The position numbers were made by a program, and so were the translations under genes. A DNA stretch of 59,201 nucleotides, the filler included, from Porpidia crustulata (lineage: Eukaryota): assembly GCA_964255105.1 (NCBI GenBank). It is 5 parts of 5 records of this genome, joined end to end, with 100 filler letters (N's around TTAATTAATTAA, not from the genome) between each part and the next. Parts side by side here need not be neighbours in the genome. Positions count along the whole stretch, not along the records: positions 47,465 to 59,201 come from CAXUWE010000608.1; 4 more parts are not named here. The stretch is one strand, 5' to 3'. Positions 51,284 through 59,201 of the stretch are shown one piece after another (positions within the stretch are counted from its first letter, which is position 1; every line of letters starts with the position of its first letter). The notes under the pieces were generated by a model, which worked only from the letters and a program-made list of their open reading frames with translations, was not told the origin of the DNA and searched no databases.

Positions 51284-51882
51284 TCGTGCATTTGTTCATA
51301 ACTACATGATGAATGTGTGTATACCCTTATGTCCCTGCGTCAAGCAAGCACGCAGCCTATTCCTTAGGCTCAGCTGCAGCGCCAAAGGAGGTGAAGGGAT
51401 TGATTTGCAAACACGGTTGATAGTCAATGGAGAACAGGAGAGCAAGCGAGGGCGTATGCAACTGGTGCACAGTAGAAGTAGTTGCTCAGAGAGCACGGAA
51501 CTGAAGAATAACCGGCGAGGCGATAGGGCAAGAGTCTCGTGCAGATCTTCACATACAGTCTATCGGAAGCCCTTTCCCACTAGCACTCTTTGAGATCGGC
51601 GCACGTGGCTTCATCTCTTTCATGAACATGATGGCGACCGGCAAGAAAGTGGAAAGAAGAGGTTATAAGGAGGCATTTCGCGATTTGTTGACTCTTCTAG
51701 AAAGTGTATGACAGACTCTCTTCTTTGAGTCTGGGAAGTTATTGATCTTCCTCGGTAAACTCAAATTGGTTAGCTTGCGGCTGTCCGTTCGGTTTTCTCT
51801 GGCTGAATTCTTTCTCCACATAACGGGCTTCAAGGCATCCATTTACCGGAGGCCGGCTGGATCCGGAGCGATAGGGACCGGG

Positions 51883-52903
51883 TCATGTCGAAACACTAGT
51901 GCTTGATACTGGCCACTCTCCGCTATAGTAGGGGCGCAGCGTCTCGGCCAGTGAAACTGGTTGCGGTGATACTGAAAATATTGGCGGTGCATAGTCCTCA
52001 TGCATGAGCAGCAGATCCTCATCATTTAGTCCGAGAGTGCTTGGATCGGCCAAGCCTTCAGCGGTCTCCAGAAACATGGCAGAAGGATCAGCATCGTTCT
52101 TGAACCAGAACCTTTCGTTCCTATTTTCAAAATTAATAGGAATTGAGTGTTGTGTAAAGTCCCGGACGTTCACGGCTGCCGTAGGCGGCAAATATGGATA
52201 CTGGCCCTGGGAAACTTCAGGGATGCTAATTCCCCAATCATTGTCGACGCCAAGTTTCTTAGGAAAGCTGGCAAGCAGCTCGGCGTGACATTCGATTGTT
52301 TCTTTTTGACGTTGCTTAACTGATTGCTTGAAACGCAAGAAAATGCCCTGAGTAACATCAAACTCCTCTAGAGGGGCTCTAGATCTCATTACACATTCCC
52401 GGTCCTCTATCGTCAATCTTTTCAGTTTGGCCCGTCTGCGGACACTCATCAGTATTGGCGCACATTATAAAGAGCTATTATATCATAGCATACCTATTTT
52501 GAAACCAGACCTGTATCTGTCGAGGATTCAAGCCAGGAATCTCCCGTGACAATATCTCTCGCCGAGCTTTGCTGAGCAGGTCTTGACAAGCAAATTCGCT
52601 CTCAAGGTATCGAGTCTGATCGCGTGTCAACCTATAAATCATATATCAGCGCGGCGTTCGCAGAAAACGAAGTAGGTCTGCGGACCTGATAAGTTTCTTA
52701 TGGCGCTGTGTGGCTGGCGCATCATTCTTAGTGGATTCAGAAATGTCGTTGAATCCGTAAGAATAATCGGCAGTGACCTGTTCCTTCTGATCCTGCTGTT
52801 GCTCAAAAGTTTCATCTATCAAGTCGCTACTCTCAAGCTCCACAAAGGCTGTTTCACCGCTGCAGTTGAATTCGCGGACGATCGTGGGTGATTGTCTTGC
52901 CAT
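51883..52903 (-). CDS. Homeobox transcription factor resembling the fungal Pah1 type (exons 52903-52686, 52631-52494, 52435-51883)
   Basis: Spliced homeodomain R-LTRDQTRYLESEFACQDLLSKARREILSREIPGLNPRQIQVWFQNR-RAKLKRL across two GT..AG introns. The ORF track misses it. Confidence 0.85.
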
Positions 52904-54162
52904 AATGTCAAAGGTTTGTTATCTTACCACTTCTGCGCCCTCTGGTGTCTGATACGAAGTGACAAGAGGACTCGACACTAGATCTACGCTTTCGAAAGCG
53001 AGACGATATAGATGGCATTTGTCAAAGACGAATGAATGAAGTTAAAAGATACGAGGATTGCTGTTGAGGATTCGGGAGCTATGTTGACGTTATCTCGACT
53101 TCGTTCCGAGGATGTATTTCACTCTGTGAAATGAGCAAGGTATATACGGCACGTCTTGGTAGGGGCCAAAAAGACTATGAGAAGCATGCGATTGGACGCT
53201 GCCATCGTTTTACGAAAGGGCTCCTGGCATTTGTTATTGAGAAGGCAGTGCAAGTACTTTGATGTTCACACATTCAATATGGATGCCAGAGCGTTGACAC
53301 TAGTGCAGTTGCCTTGATCGTTCTCCCTAGCTGCCATCGGATGAGTCTGTACATAGCAGGGGCCCCGAGCGGATCGGCGAAAGCGCTGCATGCCTGCTTT
53401 CCACCTAGTATCAGAAAGTTTGGGTTATCCTAACGCACATTTCCGAGGCTATACAGTGGCAGAAGGAGGTCGCGATGCAGCTGAAAGGGCTTACGAAGCA
53501 CATGTTGGGAGCAAGCAATCGGAAAGCGCGGATCCTAGTAGTCAGGGAGATGCGAACAAGAAGTAAGAGGAATGATTACTCATGGAGAAGAGTTAGAAGA
53601 GTAGTAATGATAGCCTTTGAAAAACATTCCAAATGTAGTTGAGTCGACGTACAATGTCTAATTAATCAAGTATGGAATGGTGCTCTAAACCGCAGCATGT
53701 CATGTCAACCTGTGATCAGTCTCAAGGTAGTCCACGTTTGGAGGTGAGATCAGGTAAGGAGGATTGTGTTACGATGACAAGGAGCATCTGGAACGATGGC
53801 TCTGATCGGGAGCGGCAAAAACGATAACGAGGGTGAGACGAAACGGGTGCCCGATTTTAGGTCCTTCTTAACGCTTATATGACAGCGTTGAGTGGTCTAA
53901 TATATTTAGTATCCAGCCTCTGTACCTCTCAGCGCTTACATCTTATATATATACATAATGAAGTCCAGAACTGTTTATCGATTAATGTGAACGCTTGACA
54001 TCAAGGCAAAATTTCAATATGAAATTTATTGATCGCTATGATGAAGAACAATTTGAGCGTTTCACAAGCCAAATTTTGAAGATGTTTGTCGCAGCAAAAA
54101 GGCGAAGTTCTTCCCTTGACCGTGTAAAACCTCAACATACAATGCTTAATTCTGTGATTGTT

Positions 54163-54295
54163 GAATCCCTCAATTCGAATCCCTTCGCCCAAATCCCGTG
54201 TTCGTAAAAAAACCCCTTGTTCGCAGAATCCCGTGTTCCTAGAAATCCCTTGTTCCCCAAAAATCCCTTGTTCGCCGAGAATCCCGCGTATGGCC
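54163..54295 (+). repeat. Tandem array of a 17-18 bp unit, consensus ~AAATCCC(T/G)TGTTCGC (5 strong and 3 degenerate copies)
   Basis: Strong copies at about 54191, 54209, 54226, 54243 and 54261; degenerate copies at 54163, 54177 and 54279. Confidence 0.85.
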
Positions 54296-54382
54296 AACTT
54301 GGCGTTTACTTGTTACGCCTTAGGTGACAACAAACATATAGCGACTCACAGGCTGGCTTATTAAAGCAAAAGACATCTGAAT

Positions 54383-54964
54383 TCAGATATTGAGTGCGTC
54401 GGAATGAGGAGGCAGAGGGTTTTGGTCACGACGCTCTGCAAAGCTGTCAGATATTCGTACTTCCTTAAGAAGAATTCACCTACCTCGTTTGATATCCTCC
54501 ATATTTCGACATCCCGCTATCGCTCGTAGAGGAATTCTATGGGCGACAAGATACTCGTTTCGGATGCTCGCTTCTGCCCCCAAAGGCACCTTCAAGCTTA
54601 GACATTTCTAGAGCTGATCTGCGTAAAAAATAAACGATCCCACGAGCTCGGATGCGTTGATCTCAAAGACTTTACATGACCTGCCGTCATGATGTGCACT
54701 CCAGTCCAAAGTCCAATTTTCTGCATGTCGCTTATTTGCAAAGAGGGAGATGAAAATGCTTCGGCGATCCGTTCTCCAACAGAGATGATCTTCCACCGCA
54801 CTACCAAAATCAGCAAATACATCGTCCCCCTCAGTGTAAAATGTTTCAATGTCCCTTGCAGTGAGGCCGGAAAGGGGGTGGTAGATTGTCATGCAGCCGT
54901 CATATTGGACACGATAGAGCGTGGTTGTTGGTATTTCTTCAGGGTCAAGATCGAAGAAATTCAT
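54383..54964 (-). pseudogene. ADP-ribosyltransferase (R-S-E type)-like small protein with one in-frame TAG
   Basis: TLYRVQ...HLCWRTDRRSIFISLF..HAENW..VFEIN..QL*KCLSLK..IRNEYLVAHRIPLRAI. The frame continues past the TAG at 54608-54610. A putative short terminal intron leads to TGA at 54383-54385. Confidence 0.55.
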
Positions 54965-55428
54965 TATTTCTCCTTGCCTGGTGCTGCCATTGGTCCTTGG
55001 TTCCCCTAAAGTCTTGGTTCAGTCAAGGTAAAGATATATCAGTAACTTAGCTACATACTGGGTGCTCAAGCAAATGATAGTTACAAAGTCGAAGTTTAAG
55101 CTATTGCCGGATTAACATTCTTCCACTGCATTGACGATGACATGCGCTTGCTGACAATCTCCCAGCTCCATGGAAGGTGGTTGAAGATACGTAACATGAA
55201 ATTTGAAACTCACAAAACCCTGCAAATCTTCTCTTGCAGGTTGTGATTTGAATCAGAGTTGGCTACAGCTTAGTGTTGAGATCATTAAAAAGTGGTGGGC
55301 AAAGAGCGGGAGACTCTGCCGGGAAGAAGAGGTGGAAGCCCATTGTCAGCACCCGAAAATCAGCTGCCGAGCAGTTTTCTACAGGAAGGGTTACGCTAAA
55401 TATGTCATTCCATCGTAAATATCGCATC

Positions 55429-56399
55429 CTATGCTGTTAATGTGGTTGTCTCAAGTACCTTAAGCCTCCTGCGAAGTTCTGAAATTGTCTCCTCATATCT
55501 CCGCAACTTGGTCTCACCTACATCTAATGCCAGACCAATCTTATGACGTACTTGCACTTCAGTGGAAGCCTTGAGCTTAAGGTTATCAGAACGAATCAGT
55601 TCCAGGATAGCTGTAGCAAGATCTGACTCTCCGTTGCCGTAAAGACTACTTCTATCATAGAACCTGCCTGGCGTGGGCGAAGTGTCAGCTGATTGGAGTG
55701 GTTGCAGTTGAGAAGTCGTGCGGTTAGTCGGAGCCATGCGATCTCGTGAGTTGGGGGTCGGTAATGACGTTGTACGGTTCTCCTGCCTCTCTGTAAAGGA
55801 CCGACCTGGAGTAGCAAATAACGACGTTCTTGCAGCCTTTCTCGCGTATTCTGGAAATTGGCTTGAATGTGTGAACAGATCGTCCGTTGCGAATGTGGAC
55901 CCAAGAGAGTTTTTGTTACCATTGAGGTTATGATTCGAGTAGTCCTCACTGTCATCGTCATCCGGGATACCTCTCAACATCCCTTTCCCCTTCGCTTTTG
56001 TAAACGGAGTCTCCAATATTTGCGTTGGAGAATATTGGTCTTCCCCGGCCGAGACGGCAGGCTGATCTGGCTTGTTGGAGCTGGCACCTCTCTATATTGG
56101 AGTTTGCGGAAATGGCGGAGGCTGAGCAAATTTCAACTTCTCTCGCTCTCCAGCTTCGTGTTCCATCCAGAGAATAAATGCACTGCTCGTGGCTGAATCT
56201 TGGACACCTCCAGACTGTAAGTAACATGTCAGCTATTTACTGAGAGAAGATAGAAGGACAGCTTACACTTCATTCCGTTGTTGGGACCCCTTTTCTTTGT
56301 TGTACGACACACCGCTGCCATCTGACACTCGCAGTGCCATCTTCCTTTAACCAAACCCCCCTGGCCAAGTTTCGATTCTTGATAAGTCTCCGAAGACAT
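55429..56399 (-). pseudogene. GRF-type zinc-finger gene, disrupted
   Basis: ATG 56399: ..GRWHCECQMAAVCRTTKKRGPNNGMK-FWRCPRFSHEQC[frameshift]LFLW, with one GTAAG..CTGAC..CAG intron. An in-frame TAG at 56092-56094 precedes the 195-aa ORF, which ends in a coiled-coil-like segment. Confidence 0.7.
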
Positions 56400-56939
56400 A
56401 GTGCGGTAATGATTTTTATCCCTACAACCGAATGTTCGTAACCTTTAGCTAATGATAGGCTGCTGGAAGGAATTTTGCAGATTCTCGAGACAGTGTAAGA
56501 ATACCGTCGTGTCTGCAAAGTGCATCTACATACCAAACGCTGTGGGTGATTTGTAGCCTAGAAGGTGAGCGTGCGCCTCTCATGCGCTGGCCGGCGCAAA
56601 ACATTTCCCGCTTTTTCAATAGACGAGAATGCAGGTGTTGTTTGAGCGAAACCTTAAAAAATCTTGTGCCTTTAAGCAAAAAGTTATACTATTTGGTCCT
56701 GGTATGCCGAGCACTCAACTGGTTCTAGCGTTGAACTGCCCGGATACCTAATCTAAGCCTGACACGTGAAAACCCCTCCTCCCTGCTCAGAACCTGAATC
56801 TTTGTGTCAGCACCGCGCCCAAGTTTCCGCACCATTACCATCAGGCCCAGTACGCGCCCATCACCGCTCCTCCGCAGGTGGACACACTGTAGGAAGTTGC
56901 AGTCGAAGTTGTCTAGGTGGGCTGGGGTTGTAGAGGAAA

Positions 56940-58170
56940 ATGCCAACCTCTGCAGAACTGGCGTCTCGTGATGCTTTGACGGCCGAAACTACGGTAAGGG
57001 AATGCAGCCCGAAAGCGCTCATTAGGAATTACCTCCTCGATCACGAGCCTGAGTTTGGCAGGTTGTACAGGCTGCAGCAAGAGGTGCGTAATACAGAATT
57101 TCCCACGCTCAAATGCACGACGATAACCTTTTCTTTCAATCAAGGGATGGAAACGTGAGTCTGGCGACACATTTTTCCAGCGACGCCGCAAAGAAGCAGA
57201 CACGGCCGACACGAAACAACAATGGGGATTCTATAGGCTGATGAAGACAATTGGTGTCGAGTTGAATGACGTTACTGCTGCACTCTCTCTCGGGGGTGAT
57301 AATGATTCTCGCATGCAAGTGCTAGATCTGTGTTTAGCCCCCGGAGGCTACAGTGCCGCGGTCCTTGACCTAAACCCCACAGCAAGCATTGATGCCGTCT
57401 CCCTACCCCACCAGGATGGCGGCCATAGGGTTCTTATCCCTTTCGGACGACGCGACCCTCGTGTACAAATCCTTTTCACGGACATCACGATGTTTGCTAC
57501 TGAATATGGCGTGGATATGGACAACATACCCGCCGAGCACCCTGACGCGGCAAAATTTCAGCCTCTGCGACCCTACGAAGGCAAACAATACGATCTTGTG
57601 CTCTGCGACGGGCAAGTCCTACGTACTCAGAAACGCGAGGGCTATCGCGAGGTGTGCGAGCCGACTCGGCTTACGAACGCACAGCTGATACTAGGCTTAC
57701 AACGGATCAAACCCGGTGGGACCTTGATAATCCTCCTGCACAGGCTTGAGACCTGGCACGTAGTGATGCTGATCAGATCCTTCAGCATGTTCGCGGAGAT
57801 CAAATTCTTCAAACCCGTGAAGGCACATGCGATCAGGTCTTCGTTCTATATGATCGCGAAGAATATTCAGCCGCAGAACATGAACGCAAACCTTGCCTTG
57901 GAGCGGTATAGGAACCTGTGGCACCGGGCGACGTTTGACGGTGATGCGGGACTCGGTGGCGTTGAGATCACAAAGGATATAGCGGCTTTGTTGGAGGAGT
58001 TTGGGCCAAGACTGGTGGAGTTGGGACGAGAGATATGGAGAGTGCAGGCAGATGCATTGGAGAAGGCACCATTCATGCAGAACGGGATGAGTAGAGGAAA
58101 GAGCGATATAGTTGGAGATGCTGGAAGGCAGAATCCTCCTGTTCATGGAGCGTCGAGTTTGCCAATATAA
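56940..58170 (+). CDS. FtsJ/RrmJ-like SAM-dependent methyltransferase domain protein (exons 56940-57083, 57145-58170)
   Basis: SAM motif VLDLCLAPGGYS, YDLVLCDG, IKPGGTLIILL, FKPVKAHAIRSSFYMIA. A GTGCGT..AAG intron joins the two ORFs in frame. Confidence 0.8.
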
Positions 58171-58191
58171 GTACGCTACACTTTTCGGAAA

Positions 58192-58225
58192 AAATCCCAT
58201 GTTCGGCAAAAATCCCTTGGTCGCC
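58192..58225 (+). repeat. Two more copies of the AAATCCC(A/T)TG(T/G)TCG unit seen at 54.2 kb
   Basis: AAATCCCATGTTCGGC (58192-58207) and AAATCCCTTGGTCGCC (58210-58225). Confidence 0.75.
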
Positions 58226-58310
58226 TTCACGGTTCTAGGAGTCGTGTTCAGTACTTAACTATCGCTACCCAGAAAAACAGCAAACGGAATACAAGAAGAT
58301 CAAATCCAGT

Positions 58311-58452
58311 CTACGCACGCAACGATATCTTATGCACCTTCGCAGTATGGTTCTTGAAAGTCATGACACTTGGCAGAACCAGTTTGGCTGCTTTGCATTG
58401 TGGATGCAGACATGGGACCTTAACATCTGGTGCGAAAGTCTTCAAATGCTTT
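58311..58452 (-). pseudogene. Orphan C-terminal C2H2-like finger, resembling the tail of DUF3435 tyrosine-recombinase (Starship captain) proteins
   Basis: KHLKTFAPDVKVPCLHPQCKAAKLVLPSVMTFKNHTAKVHKISLRA*, with a C-x4-C...H-x4-H pattern. Upstream sequence is unrelated and stop-ridden. Family link is from memory only. Confidence 0.4.
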
Positions 58453-59005
58453 CCAGAAAAGATTCTTTCAGCTCCTGTCTTGTCTTCGATTTTCTGCCCT
58501 TCTTGCTCCGTTTGAAGTTTCCCCAACCACGATCAGTTGGTGATTCCGTAGGAGGTACAGGCTCAAAAGTCGACTCCGCCGTGGATGATCTTTAGCAAAC
58601 CTTCCCAATATCACGGGGCATTGAATGCAGATACCTACTCCAGTGAGCAAAAACATGGCCAAGGACTGATACTCGGTTGATACAAAGATCATACGCAAAC
58701 AGGAAACGAGTGAATACCTTGAATCTGCGCTAGGTGAGCGCCACTGACTATTGCAGGTGTACTCTCATTTCGAGGAGCATGGCTAGATGGAACCCCTGCA
58801 TCTGAGTACTGTTTGGCACCAACTATCGACGACCACTCGACTCTATATCACCCAATTGTCTGTTAAGGCAGAAGATCGGCCATTGTCTTATAATTAGTGT
58901 TTGGAAGGAAAGTTGAAGAATACAGAGAAACTACATATTGTCATCTTAGACAGCTCTTCTGAAAACTGAAAGAATTCGTAAGACAATATATAAAGTGATT
59001 AAACA

Positions 59006-59201
59006 TCATGGCAGTGATTGGGATGGTAGGTAGCATTGTTGAAGCCCCGCAGCCGCTTGTAGAACCATCATCACACCCTCATGTCCAGCGGCCGCCTGCA
59101 AAGCCGTCCGACCATAATCACCACCGCCAGCAGCGGCGTTGACATTGGCGTTTGCCGCCAGCAGCCTCTCCACCACCTCAAGGTGCCCTCCTTCAGCGGC
59201 C
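59006..59201 (-). CDS. 3' end of an ankyrin-repeat protein (gene starts beyond the window)
   Basis: AAEGGHLEVVERLLAANANVNAAAGGGDYGRTALQAAAG. Stop TGA at 59006-59008. Confidence 0.8.
   Translation of the reverse strand, partial: AAEGGHLEVVERLLAANANVNAAAGGGDYGRTALQAAAGHEGVMMVLQAAAGLQQCYLPSQSLP

Noticed and set aside
54163..54295. Possible CRISPR-like array
   Set aside because: Units are nearly contiguous with no unique 25-40 bp spacers, there are no cas genes, and the sequence is eukaryotic.

Overview
Eukaryotic scaffold from a filamentous ascomycete (Pezizomycotina-like), with short GT-AG introns and four assembly gaps that carry an artificial TTAATTAATTAA spacer. Left part (1-23.6 kb): KTI12, an F-box gene, an intronless MDR/quinone oxidoreductase, a disrupted CHAT (caspase-like) protease gene, a patatin phospholipase fused to tandem ZZ-like zinc fingers, and a ferric reductase. 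Middle (24.4-34.0 kb): a complete Fusarium-type carotenoid/retinal/rhodopsin cluster (carO-carB-carRA divergent from carX), then a small secreted protein with Kex2-type sites. 41.9-45.3 kb: the APSES regulator stuA, whose leader can be spliced either into a 257-aa in-frame N-terminal extension or into a 16-aa uORF. 46.7-47.4 kb: a BRCT gene running into a gap. Right part (47.5-59.2 kb): a decaying accessory island containing a kinase-like tail, a chromodomain, a homeobox paralog, an ADP-ribosyltransferase-like gene, a GRF zinc finger, an FtsJ-like methyltransferase, a possible DUF3435/Starship-captain tail, ankyrin repeats and two arrays of a shared 17-18 bp repeat. Exon models were read by eye and family calls rest on motif recognition, not database searches.
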